A program made the translations under genes and the position numbers. A stretch of DNA of 64,000 nt from Rhynchobatus australiae (lineage: Eukaryota). The DNA lies in NCBI GenBank assembly GCA_034780895.1, contig JAUZTB010000069.1, positions 13,293,818-13,357,817 of the forward strand, written 5' to 3'. Below the pieces are notes generated by a model. That model had not been told where the DNA came from and did not search any database. It was given only the letters and a program-made list of their open reading frames with translations. Positions 1 through 12,484 of this stretch are shown here, in pieces; position 1 is the first letter of the stretch; each line of letters begins with the position of its first letter.

Positions 1-1329
1 ATCTCTATAGTGTACTACTGGTCACAAGCTTCTAATCACAAAAACAACCCTCAACCATCACCCCATGTCTCCTATTACCATGCCAAATTCAGATCTAATT
101 GGCCTGGATCCCATTGGAACTTACCTTAAGGACCAGTCTCCATCCATGTAGACTACATCAATAACTGCACTACCCTTGAAAGATTCAATCAGATTTGAAT
201 TTGACTTTTAAAAAAAAAATCAACTTCCAGTTTGTCATCAGCAGCCTTTGTATAATTCCTAGATGGTTGCAGTCCACTGTGTCTGGTGTGGATGGAACAA
301 TGGTCTTCACTGTGATCCTACTTGGGAAGTTAAGGTACATTATACCACAGACAGCTGTAGTAAATAGCTCTATTTTGAAAGGGCACCTTAAAGCATTGAA
401 CAGAGACTGCAAAATCTGGTCCCCTAACAGCATTTCTATGCTAGAAAAGGGAAGCACAACAAGAGTCTGCCAGTCAAGTCATGGGTAGAGAACCAGAATT
501 GTAGAAAAGGGACATGTGGCCATAAATAATCAACTGGTTTGTCTTAGTTCTGAACACAGAGACGGAGTCCATAAATGAAATAAATGAAACAAGTAAATAT
601 CTGTTTCTCAGAACAAGCANNNNNNNNNCCATGGCACAGTTGAATCTCAATAGCCCTTATTTCATTGCCATGATCATTTGCCAAGCAGTCTTGGCAATTC
701 TTTTTTTGAAAGTGGTCATGACTTGGAGGCAAGCAGCAAGTTCATATCTCCACACCCACACAGGCCTGTTCTGCATTGTGGGGGTGAAAACGGGACTGTT
801 TGACAAAGCCACAGACATCTGTGAACCAGACTTGTTGTATTTACTCTTTTTCATTTATGTGCAACAGGGCAATATTTCAACATGCATATGGACTAACCTA
901 GCGATGGAACCCAGATGTCTACAAATATCACAGTTTCTGTATTGGCCTTTTCCAAATTCAGGCCAATCCAAATGCAGCAGACTCCTCCATCCTACTCCCT
1001 TACCAAAAAAATCATTCAAATCTCCTCTTCCACTAGATGAGAGAAAGCCGAATAGTCCCAGTATCTTAAGTCTCTCCTTTTAACTACAACTTGCCATTCC
1101 TGTCATCTGCCTGGAGAATCTGTGCCTTACCGTTTCTATGTTTTGTCTGCCAGTATCTCCATCCCCCATCACCTCACAATGGTAGATGGCTTTGTCTCAG
1201 CTATGACAAAAAATATTTTATAGAAATTTATTGTGGCTTCTTTCCTCTACTCCCACTTATAAAAGTGTTGAATGGTTAACAGTATACAGTCAAATGCAGA
1301 ATAAAGCCCTCCCTCACCCTCCTGTCATT

Positions 1330-1720
1330 ACAACACCGTCTCAGTTCCAAACACAGAAGGGCAGTAAATGTGTTGATGAGAATGTGAGACATTTTGCAGG
1401 CGATGCTCCTAGTTATGCTGAATCACAGATCTCTTCAACCAGTGAACATAGTAGTTGAGTATCTGCTTCAATCAGCCTGCCAATGCAGAATCCAGTCTTC
1501 CGCTATTTTGATTCATTCCATTTGATAAAAGTAGGACACAGGATATAGCAAAACCATGGGATGTGACAACATCCCAGTTGTGGCATTGAAGTGCTCCTGA
1601 ACTAGCCTCACTTGTAACTGTTCCAGTACATTTACAATGCTATCTGCCTGGCACTGTCAACAATTGCACAGACATCTCTATCCACAAAAGACAGGAGTAA
1701 TCCAGTCAATCCTTTGGTTA
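1330..1720 (+). mobile_element. Fragment of the same CR1-group LINE RT region
   Basis: Degenerate D.AK.MG.DNIP...APELA...HK.Q..SNP.N coding remnants. Confidence 0.65.
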
Positions 1721-2282
1721 TCATCCAATCTGATTACTTAGAATCAGGGGAGCCCACAGGTTACTAGTGGGGCCTGATGTTGTACTCTGGTTCCACATAG
1801 CTCCACAAAAAAATTAAAAATACACCTAATTTTGGGATTCCTGTTGTGAACCCTCTTGTTGCCAGATTGTCTTGTATGTGACATCAGTGCATATTTAAAG
1901 AAGCCCTTTGGCTTCTGATGGAGATCCAAAACACCTCTTCAGGTTAAGATAGAAACCCATAGAAAGACAGTGGGATTGGATCATCATATGGGACATTTTA
2001 ACTGGCTTCCTGCTCACTTTCTTCAAGGCAGGTAGGGTTTAAAAATAGAAAACTGCTTTAATCTGTGGAACCTGCCCATTACTACTGCTACCAACATCAA
2101 CAAAATGCAATATGATAGAACTGTCCACTGAAGCCAATTGCAACAAAAAGTATTGTCCAACGGTCAGGTGAACTGCTGCCTTGCAAGTTACAGTCTGAAC
2201 AACTTGCTTAATAATTAGCTATTGTAGTCACTGTCACAATGAAGACTAGAGCAATGAATTATTTTCTTAAAATAAAAGTTAT

Positions 2283-2288
2283 TTTATT
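2283..2288 (-). terminator. Putative CFAP157 poly(A) signal AATAAA
   Basis: tttatt on the plus strand, shortly after the stop codon and followed by a U-rich tract on the minus strand. Confidence 0.55.
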
Positions 2289-2413
2289 TTTTTTCAAAAA
2301 TGTAACCAAATCAGTGGCCTGGAAAGAATAAATTCTCTTAAAAGGCATTGATCGTTTAAAAATCCAAGTTTAACTACAAAAAAATTCCATTTTTTACTAG
2401 GTCACTCTGGGAT

Positions 2414-2512
2414 TTAACTAACTGGCTTGCAAACTTGGTCTTGGAGGCAGTATGCCGCAGTGATTTTGGGCAAGATTGAGTTCTGCACTCCCTGATCTTC
2501 AGTAGCCGAATC
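2414..2512 (-). CDS. CFAP157: CFAP157 probable terminal coding exon 9 (DSATEDQGVQNSILPKITAAYCLQDQVCKPVS*)
   Basis: Strong acceptor (ttttcctcccaccttgttatttacag|); phase 0 as required; TAA at 2414-2416; AATAAA about 125 nt downstream. The sequence is poorly conserved, so support is structural only. Confidence 0.7.
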   Translation of the reverse strand, partial: DSATEDQGVQNSILPKITAAYCLQDQVCKPVS

Positions 2513-2639
2513 CTGTAAATAACAAGGTGGGAGGAAAAGAAAGCATTTTAAAAATGCAGTTTATGAAAAACTCAGATAAAAGGTATAGTTTCGTATGGCA
2601 GAACACTGTAGTAGCTCACCCAGGAATTTAGCCTTTAAA

Positions 2640-4210
2640 ATCACATGCATACCAACCAACTGCTGGAGGTCCATTGGTGTTCCCATGGAATGGTACCATA
2701 TCAATAAGCAAATGCCTACTTGAGACATTGATTACAGAAGTAGGGAGATTACAATGAACTATAAAACAATCAATAAGCCACAAATCCAATACTACACTCG
2801 GTCTGGTCATAACCTTCTAGGAAGAGGGTGTAGAAGAAATGCTAGAATTGAGGGATCTCAGCTACCAGTTTAGACTGGGGAAGCCAGGGTAGGTCTCTGT
2901 AGTGAAGACCCAAGAGAAGATGCAATAGTGTGCAAGATCACAATGAGTCTGGATTAAGTAAATAAAGAAAAGCTGTTCTTGTTGGTGGGTGGTTCAATGA
3001 ACAGGGGACACAAATTGAAGCTGATGCTTTCTCGGGTTCCCAGACCTTATGCCGGTAGAAATTGTTAAAGTATAAAAGAGAAACTAGGGACATTCATAAT
3101 TTTGAAAAAATTGTTTAACCTTCTCTACTTTAAGTAAAATGACCCCATCTTCTCCGATCTCACTAACTAGTTAAAGTTTTCACTACTGGTAGCATCCTAT
3201 TAACTCCAAGATCACTCCTAGAGCGTAGTGCCAGTATTAAAGGCAATGATCTAAATGAGATTTAAAGATCTGGCACACTCTGCTTTTATATTTATTAACA
3301 GAGTCAAGGATCCTACATTTTTTTTTAAAAGTAGTCTTCTCAACTTGTTGCCATTTCAGAAATTTGGATACAACTCATGAAGGTCTTTCTGCTTCTGCAT
3401 CCCTTTTCATATTGTACTACCTCATGGTACTTATGGAATGATCTGTCTGGCAAACATACCTTTTCACTGTATCTCAGTATATTTGACAATAATAAACTAA
3501 TTATCACTTCTTTCACATTCCTTATCAAAGTGTATAATTGCAGTCCACATCCTTCTACAAAAAATATAATCTGTTGCGTGCCGACCATTTTACTCGTCAA
3601 TTTGTCCTTCTGAATCTGCTACTGACCTCCTCATTGTTTACTACAGACAAGTTCCATATCACATGCAAACTTTGAAAATACTTCCTTTATCCCCGAGTAT
3701 AGGTCAGTAGCATATATAGAAAGATGGTATCTGAATATTAATCCCTTTGGCACACCATTGTACAGTTCTTTCCAGTTTGTTATATATCTCTTAACCAATT
3801 TTGTATCCTGTTAATATCATTTAGTTACGCAAATAAAATTTATGATGTTGTACCTTATCAACCACCCATTGCAAGTTCACACTTGTTCACTATTGCACAT
3901 GAATTGTACTTCCTNNNNNNNNNNTCGAAACACTTACTTCCTCAACAAATTGATTATGATAATTGATCAAAAAAAATATTTGCCTTTAACAAATCCATGG
4001 TGCCTCTGAATTATAGCCCACACTTTTAAGATGTTAATTCTCTTTGTCCTCCAAGATTCGTATCGAAGATTTTCCAGCCATCATTAAAAACTGACTGCCA
4101 CGTATTTCACATTTATTCCTCTTTCCCCTTTTCTGAAAATGTGTGAACAAGTGCACTCTTCCAGTTCTCTGGCCCCATCCCCAAATTCAAAGGCGACTGG
4201 ACAACTGTGG
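2640..4210. mobile_element. Old CR1 LINE fragments (plus strand about 2640-3020, minus strand about 3020-4210)
   Basis: CR1 3' motif acaggggacacaaattgaag and antisense RT-like remnants. Confidence 0.55.
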
Positions 4211-4384
4211 TAAGAGCAGCACCAGTTTTACTTGTAAAATGCCATTTTATTCAGGACTTCTAACATGTACAGAGGCAGTCTTCCAGTTACACAATCGGGA
4301 ACTGAACCTGTAATCTAGAAATGAAAGATCAGTATCCCCATAGCAGCCTCAAATCCACTTTACAACTTTCCAGTACTAACTTAC

Positions 4385-4586
4385 CTTGGGCAAACAACTC
4401 ATTTGGGTTGGCGCTGATCTTGAAAATGGCCTGAGCAAACCAAGACGCGTTGTTTTTGATAACTGGCCCACTTTGTCAGCAAGGTTGGGAGTAATTTGCT
4501 TCGGTCGTGGAACCAGACCCAGGTCACCTACTTTATAGTGGGACAGAAGGCCCAATCCTTTGACAGCAGAAGAGGCAGAACCATGT
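4385..4586 (-). CDS. CFAP157: CFAP157 coding exon 8 (HGSASS...HYKVGDLGLVPRPK...MSCLPK)
   Basis: Acceptor ttttctccacag| and donor AAG|GTAAGT; 202 nt; Y..GDLGLVPR motif conserved in CFAP157. Confidence 0.9.
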
Positions 4587-5942
4587 CTGTGGAGAAAAGG
4601 GGTTTTAAAGATGGAAAGGAGGGGCAGACAAGACAATTGTTAATTATACTGCTATAGCTCTTTGCAGATTACTGCCAACTAAATAAACCAACTCTGAATG
4701 ACAGAGTGCTGGCCTAAAGAGGGTGAAAACAAAACCTGGTAAAACATCTTGGATTTGATTCATGAACTTACCCAGTTCATTAAAACTAATGGTCTCAGGT
4801 CTAAGGCAAAAGCAACAGGATAAAATTCAGCAGGACTTCAGATTCTAGACTGCTATTAGAGATTCTCCATGGAAACTTGCAGCCAGTGGCTGAAACCCAT
4901 CATAAAAGAGCGACAAAAAATTATTCTGTTGAATTTAGAGGGATGGAATTTTGAATGTACCAACTGAATGAACTTCAGTGCAAGTTAGTCCAGATCTCAG
5001 GATCCCATACAACTGTGCTTCTGTTACCAGCTAAGTAAGCCACTATCGTGGGGATAGGCAGCAGCTGTTTGACCAGATCAGTGCTGGAGCAAGTGGTAAA
5101 CAGGCACTCCTGCTGTGGTGCTCCTTTCCCTTGTGTTTTTCTGCCATGCTGATTTCCCAGTGACAATGGACAATGAAGACAATAGGGAGTCAGATTGGAC
5201 CAAGTGCAAATGTCAAGCTTTCCACCTAATCCTGCATTGTGAACTGGGTGAAAACAACCCTTGTTCCATGTAGCTATTGGAATGTCTGCTTGGGAGAGGT
5301 GCTCGAGATCTTGCTGAACCCATACAATGCTCCTCAAGATAAAAATCAGCATTCAGTCAAAAAGGCCCAAATTGTAAAGAGAAACAATTACTTGGACCCA
5401 AGGAGTATAATGAAAGGTATAGTAATTACCCAAGACCCTAGAAGATTTACACAATTTCAGGCAGTGATTTTTAATATCATTTGCAAAGGATTAGACAAAG
5501 TAAATTATGAGACCGTCATGCATCTCTAATTGTAATGCATTGATTTGTGCTCTTGCTGAGAGTTCAGAACTACCTGAGGTTTAATCCCCATGTTGTGCTG
5601 AATGAGTTGATCTCAGGTAAAATGGAGATGTGATACAAAAAGCCAGCTGGAGCCAAATCAAGCCAGTTTGTGTCTCCACAGCAGAGCAAGGCTATTGATG
5701 TTCACATCCTTGGCTCATAAACAATCAGGAGTAGCTTGGGTGACATACCATAGGACTAATCCAGCATGAAACAGTGGCTTCATGCCAAGGAAGGAAACGG
5801 GAATCAAGGAGCTTCAGAATAAGGATATACTACAAAAAAAATGATCACCATCCTTTTTGGAAAAAAAAACAGCAAATGCAGGCAGAAAAATCTAGTAAAA
5901 TAAATTTAACTACACCTGGATTAAAAGTTAGACTCCACGTAC

Positions 5943-6157
5943 CTTTCTGCTATATTCCCTGGCTTATGTTCTATGATAGGCAGCTCACTGTTGATAAATT
6001 CCACTGGTGGAGGCCCAAGACCAAGTACAGCTGCATTGTTCAGTAAGAGCAGCAGTTTCTGCATCATTTGACTTCGATGAGTATACACTGCCATCTCAGA
6101 ATCCGTCTTGTCTACACTGATGGTAGGAGAGCTTTCATCGGCACATTCTGTGCTATC
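5943..6157 (-). CDS. CFAP157: CFAP157 coding exon 7 (DSTECADE...QMMQKLLLLLNNAAVLGLGP...NIAER)
   Basis: Acceptor ttttctctacag| and donor AG|GTACGT; 215 nt; M.QKLL.LL..AA.LG.GP motif. Confidence 0.88.
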
Positions 6158-6479
6158 CTGTAGAGAAAAGGTCATGTAAAATCAGTTTATACTCAATAAA
6201 TCCATTCCCAATTCTTGAAATTTTTGAAGCATCAATTGCGGAGGTTTCAAAATTCTATCCAAGAATGCTGGGATTTATACCATGGAAAGAATATTAAGGA
6301 CACCAGATAAATTATTAAAAGGCAACAATTATTAAAGGCAACAATGCTGTGAACTAACTTTTTTTTAAACAAAAACTTTGGAATCATTGAGTAAGCAAAT
6401 AGTTGGTGGATAAGGATTAATTGAAAAAATAAGTAACAGAGGCTGTTCAGTTATAGTTACTAAACATTAAATTATTGCT

Positions 6480-8725
6480 GACCACACATTTATAATTGAA
6501 ATGTGGCCAAAATGATATAAATTTCCAGAGAATAATTTATGATCACACTGCTAAAATAGCACAGAATGTACTCTGGATAAGGGATTTCAATTTCCACCAC
6601 CATCAATTGTTCAGTGGAACACTGACCAGGCTGGTAAAGTCCCAAGGGGCAAGATTGTCACCTTGGGTCTTCATCATGCGATGTGTGAATCAATAGAAGG
6701 AATAAACCTACTTGAACTCATCTTCATTAATTCACCTGTTGCAAATATATCAGTTGGGATAGCATTGGTTGGACTGACAAATTATGGTCAAGCAGACAGA
6801 ATTCCAACTTCAAAACCTCTGCCATCTTTTAAGTTATCAACATCCTGCTAAATGAGGCAGATTTGGAACACATCTGGTAGCTCAAAATTTGGCTACTCTA
6901 TGGGCCATCGATGGTCTCAGAATTGTATTCCAGAGCAACCTGTGACCCAACAGCCTACTACATCCCACGCTATAACACTCGCAGACCAAACTCGATTCAC
7001 TAGTAAGCGTAGCACGGCAAGCTGGGAGCAGCACCAGGTATACCCTAAAACAAGGAGGCAACCTGGCAAAGCTGCAACACATGACTGCATCCATGCTGCA
7101 CAGTAGAGGTAGCATGCAAAAGACTGTCAGAAATCACATAAGCAACAGTTGCTTATGTTCAGATCAAAGCTCCACCACCCACAGAACACTACAGGACAGT
7201 ACAGGCCCTTCGGCCCACAATGTTGTGCAGACATTTTATCCTGNNNNNNNNNNNNNNNNNNNNNNNNNNNNNNNNNNNNNNNNNNNNNNNNNNNNNNNNN
7301 NNNNNNNNNNNNNNNNNNNNNNNNNNNNNNNNNNNNNNNNNNNGCCCTTCCCTCCCACATAACCCCCTATTTTTCTATTATTCATGTCTATCTAAGAGAC
7401 ACTTAGAAAGGGAGGTGGCTTAGAAGGTGGCAGCTTCAAGAACAACTCAGATAATGAACGAAGAAGTCCAGCTCGGGTGACAAACACAATGCCAAAGCAC
7501 TTGTAATGATCATCGGTCAAAACTACCCAAATGGGTGATCCATCATCTCATTTCCACTCAAGATCTCCCCATTACCAAAGCCAGTCCTCAGCCAATTTCA
7601 TTCAGTCTATACAATGGACACAGCAGATGTTATGGGATTAGTCAATATCTTATCTGTAGAGCCAACGACATTTACTTCAGAACCAGCCAGGCTACCAGAT
7701 AAGAACTCTGGCATAATACCCCACGGTGTCCGTTTCCTGTCTACAACAAGTAGGACAAATACGAGTCATTCTAATGATTCCCCCAGTCAGTCTATTCCAT
7801 TAAAGGAATGAAGGAAGACATCAGTGCTATCAATCCAAATTGAGCACACGTATGCCAATAAACAGCTCAGCAATACTTTGTCTGGGTTTCTCTAGTCACA
7901 GTCACGATGAAACAACCAAGAAAGTGTTAAATTCCAGAGGTGTGGCAAAAGGCATTGCCTTAGATGTGAACAGCTTTTGACCAAGTTTGACAGAGTAAAA
8001 ATACAAGCAATGGGAATCAAGGGGAAAACTAACAGCCAGAATTATACCTGCAACAAAAGGAAGACAGTTGTGGTTGTTGGAGATTAATCTTCTCAGTCCA
8101 GAATGGCCATCTTCAAAAGGAGTCTAATAATCCAGCCTTGATATTAAACAATAATCAGTGGATGGGGGTTTAGAAACATTTGACATAAACGTTAATTGAA
8201 TCAGCCACATAAATCCTGTGGTGAAAGATCAAAGGTTGGGGAAACTGAAGAAAGTCATTCACTTCCTGACTTCTATAGTCTTTCTACCTGCAGGGCAGCA
8301 GCTAGGGGCTTATAGTATTATATGTTCAGTATTATCATGCAACTCAGTATTTCCTGGGACAAAACTACCTGCTTGATTGATACTCACTTCCTCCACCACC
8401 AAACCATGACTCCAGAGTGCATCATTTACAAAATGCCATCCAGTTACTTGCAAAGACTACCTCCTAAACCTGTGACTTGTGTGAGAAGACCACCATCTAA
8501 AGATTTTCTTCTAATTCACACACCACCCAAACTTGGAAGGAACCATATTGCTATTCCTTCATTGTCATGAAAGTCTAACTTTGGATTTACTGTTTAACCA
8601 AACAGCACTCCGCAAATATCTCAAAGGACAGCAGCAATTCCTGGCAGTTCATTGCTGTCTCAAGGGTGTTTAAGAGGTAAGCAAAAATACTGGTGTTGCC
8701 AGTAATGTCCAGATCCCATAAAATC
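6480..8725 (+). mobile_element. Decayed CR1-group LINE (endonuclease end, RT, 3' tail)
   Basis: Degenerate N.LDLI.TN.P.A motif, RT region, and 3' tail gcaaaaatactgg...gccag...cagatccca shared with other copies; a younger antisense CR1 tail is inserted at about 7175-7400. Confidence 0.7.
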
Positions 8726-11425
8726 GTCTGTTAATGTATTAGCCCTTCCATATTTCCAGCAAGACAGGGAGCAGGGCAAACCCTACAAGTTGCAGAAAGT
8801 TGCTATTCACTAACATACCCCAATTAGATCGTTGTTTAACTGCTCATCTGCCACATGGTGGCACCATTAGCTTTTGCAGATGAATTATAGGGAACGAAGC
8901 TTTTCAGCATCCTTCCAAAATTTCAAGAGCAACGGCATTTTAAGTACTTTGTACAGGTGATCCCCGTGTTATGGGAGAGGGAGCTGCCTTTCTAAAATAA
9001 CAATCGATATTGCTGATTTTCCGTAACTCAAAGCTGCATTATCTGCACTTGTCAAAGAGTTGAAAAAAAGTTGTTCAATTACATTCAACACACACCTCCC
9101 TCCCCACCTCACCCCCAAATTCAGTGAGAGTGAATTTTATTCTGTATCTCAAACTTTTGGGTAGCGATTAGTGAATTCTGCAAAGACAAATTTCCATTAT
9201 GTGAATGGCTGTAATTTGGTGGCGGAGGGCAGGTTGTCTATATAGGGGGCTGGGGATTGGAGGCAGCTGAAGGTAAAAAGATGACAAGGTACTATCCCAT
9301 TAAGTAACATGGTAGGGTGATTTTAATAAGATCTGATAGATCAAAACGGGAGAGCGAATTTAAGATACTTGCAAAGTGTGTTAAAAAGGATAGAAATACT
9401 TTGTACTAAAGGAGTTAGAACAAAATTTTAAACTGCAAAGAATCTGCACAAGAGATTTAGTTTTTTTTAAAGAAAGGAACCATTGAATTGAAGCTAGCCT
9501 TGTGACTGTGGTCAGTAATTGGTTGGATGGCAGGTGTCAGCACTGTAGGACTGAAAGGTTCATGTCCTCTGTAGGCTGGGATGTAACAAGTGGCACTCCT
9601 CAGTAATCAGTATTTGGGCCTCCCTCCATGTATATGTTTTGATGATGAGAAAGAAGGAACAGAGAATTGTTCACCCAAAATTGTAGACAACACCAAGTTA
9701 GGAGGAACAATAGTTTTGTGGAATAAAGAACAAGCAGGAAGGACATTAACAGCTAAGTGAGTGGGCAAAATTATTCAGACAAAATTCATTATGCAGAAAT
9801 GTTTGGTTATTCAACTTGGATGCAAAGTAGGGAGCTGAAACCCACAATGTTGCCCGTAGGTTGAATGAGAGTAGAAAAGTTTTTGAAAAGTGCCCTTCAA
9901 AAAATGCCTCAGAAAAACAGCATCACCATTGGCCCTCATCATTTGATACAAGAGACAGCCAGTCCAAGTGGAATTTGTATAGAACAAAGGAGGGAACAGC
10001 AAAAATGAGCATTGGATTTTGAATACCTGAAAAGCACTGAAAAAGAATATCCATTTAGGACCAACCTTCACTTAATATAACCACTGTACTAGGTTTGACT
10101 GCATACCTCCATGAAATATCAGCCTCACACAAAGCCCAAGTTTTTTTTAAAATTCAGCTTACTTCATCCAAAATCATAATAAAATAGACCTCATCCTTAA
10201 TACTTGGAGAATTTATCTGCTATGTTTTTTTCTTTATTAAGCCATTCCAAAAATTGAGTATTTTGAGTCTAAACTGCACTTCAGAAAAGATTTATCTGAA
10301 GACCATTATGTGAAGGGTGGTTATTTTCAAAACCACAAAAGGAACAGTAAATGAAATGCCTCCTTACTGGGATGAATGTGGAGTGCAATAAGGGTGGGGC
10401 AAATAAAAGACCAACCAAATGTTGGCCTCTTTTCCTCAGTCTCCCACATGGATTTTTGTTTTAAATTGAGGTCCAAGGCCTACAGAGGGTCTCTTCCAAA
10501 CAGCTGCAGTATATTTCATGTTAATGCAAAGTATAGACACTGATTCCAGTTGACATAAAATTCTTGGAACAGATGTGGAAATAGTCTCAACAAACAGGAA
10601 ACCAAAATGCTTATTTGCAGTTGGGCAAAGAGAAGCACCCCAAAATAAGTTTGAAAGGGGGTGGGTTCAAATCATGTGCAGTGCAAATTACTACATTGAC
10701 AAAGAGTACATAATTGTTCAGTTTGTGTTACTTTGCACAGACTGTGCAAGTTTGTAAGGAACAATAAACTAGCTCCAGCTGTTCCAGCCTTTAAACTCAA
10801 GATCCCCCCCACCCCCCCTTAACAAATTACACATGGTTCTCATTTAAACTAATTTGAGGAAGTCTTTGAGTTGAAGAGATTCAAGGTTTAATTCCAAAGG
10901 AAGAGTAACTTAATTAAGGTGCATTTTTCTGCACACATTGAATCATATTACCATTTGGTTCTAAGGACACTGCCAGCCAAGTCCAAGCAACTTCATGAAC
11001 TACAAGTTTTAGCAGGCTATTTGTTCATGGGATGCTGCATCACTAAACACAAACTTGTCTTCCTTGGACATCTGTATGCACTTTTAAGCAGAGATCAATA
11101 AACATCATTCAGGAGCAAGAACCTATAACAGGCAAAGGATGCCAAGGCTTTTTGTAGTATTCTAATCAATGGCAATTAAATGGATTAAATCTGATATTCC
11201 CACAACTCTCAGTAGCATCTACTTCATACCACCAAGGTCAGAAGCCTGTGATAAGGATAAGCTACGGGGCCATAACTGTAGCAGACTACACGACTGAGCA
11301 AAACCAAATATTCTGAAGGGCATAAGGGCAGAAGCACTCACCAGCTTTCAAAAAAGGTAATAATCTTAGAACATAGAATAGTACAGCACAGGAACATGCC
11401 CTTTGAATGGAAGCAGTTCTCTTAC

Positions 11426-11576
11426 CAGCAGGGCATCCTTCAAAGCATAGGCAGCATCAGAGAGGATTTTCTCCACCTGCTTTCTGCGCTTCTCCTGTTG
11501 CTCCATGGAGGCCTTCTGATTCTCCAGATGAGATTGTTTTGTCTCCAGCTCCTTCTTAAGAGATGTTACTTCATTC
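11426..11576 (-). CDS. CFAP157: CFAP157 coding exon 6 (NEVTSLKKELE...AAYALKDALL)
   Basis: Acceptor gttcag|G and donor CTG|GTAAGA; 151 nt; coiled coil; phase-consistent. Confidence 0.9.
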
Positions 11577-12353
11577 CTGAACATTACACAAAGGGAGATA
11601 ACAGCCTTCTTTGAACAAAGTTAGTCGATATTAAATTTCTCAACATCCTACAGTTAAGCAAGACCAAAACCACTTCAAATTACCACATGCTAATCCCCCT
11701 TCAAGTATTAAAGTTTAACTCTCCCCACCAATCCTTAGGTTGATCAGCTTGATCCCCAAAATGTACAGAAATTAATTATCAAATTTAAGACCCTGATACT
11801 GAAATGTCAGATTATGTTATAGATCTCAAGGAGCCATGGATGAATAATGCAGTGCAATTAACTGCATACACTTTTTTTGTTCATTGTATTGTTCCTAATT
11901 GTTAACTATTGAATTGTCCTTTGAAAATATTACAGGTTCTGGAAATCTGAAATAAAAAAAAAACACTAAACCATTTAGGAGGACAGATAAGAGTTCTTAA
12001 CTGAAGAAATACTCCTCATTCTGTTACAGTGTTAATTCGTTTGGTCTCTGGGTTTAATGCAAGAATTTCTCGAAGAGTTGATGCCAATGAAAAGCTAGAG
12101 CAAACCACTGTTTTATCCATGACTTAATGTTTATTCCATTAGTGTCAAATATCAATTCCCTCATTTTGTTGCCTGGATATTAAATAATGACTCACTACGT
12201 TTCATAGGAGAGAAATCTCTTGCTTGTAGAAGAGACTTTTGGGAGCAAGTCAAACTAAAACTTTAGGAAGCCGGCTTAAAAAAAAAAGTTAAACTCATTG
12301 TGAAGCTCACTTCTCTACTCGCTTGATGTTTAGTTGCCAGAAGTTGCAAATAC

Positions 12354-12484
12354 CTTAGAGATTCATTCTGAGCCTCAAGATCTTTTATTGTCAACTCAAG
12401 TTGTTGAACCATCTTTTCTCTCTGCGTGCAGATTTCCAGTGACTTCTGCTGCTGTTTGCATTTCTCAGTCAACATTTGAATAAT
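12354..12484 (-). CDS. CFAP157: CFAP157 coding exon 5 (IIQMLTEKCKQQQK...EAQNESLR)
   Basis: Acceptor tttcag| and donor AG|GTATTT; 131 nt; II.MLTEKC motif. Confidence 0.9.

Noticed and set aside
631-1083. 150-aa ORF with a hydrophobic N-terminus
   Set aside because: No recognisable homology; its 3' part is antisense CR1 sequence; it is not PTRH1.
8952-9215. Possible Tigger-like MITE starting TACAGGTGATCCCCG
   Set aside because: A matching right terminal inverted repeat could not be convincingly identified.
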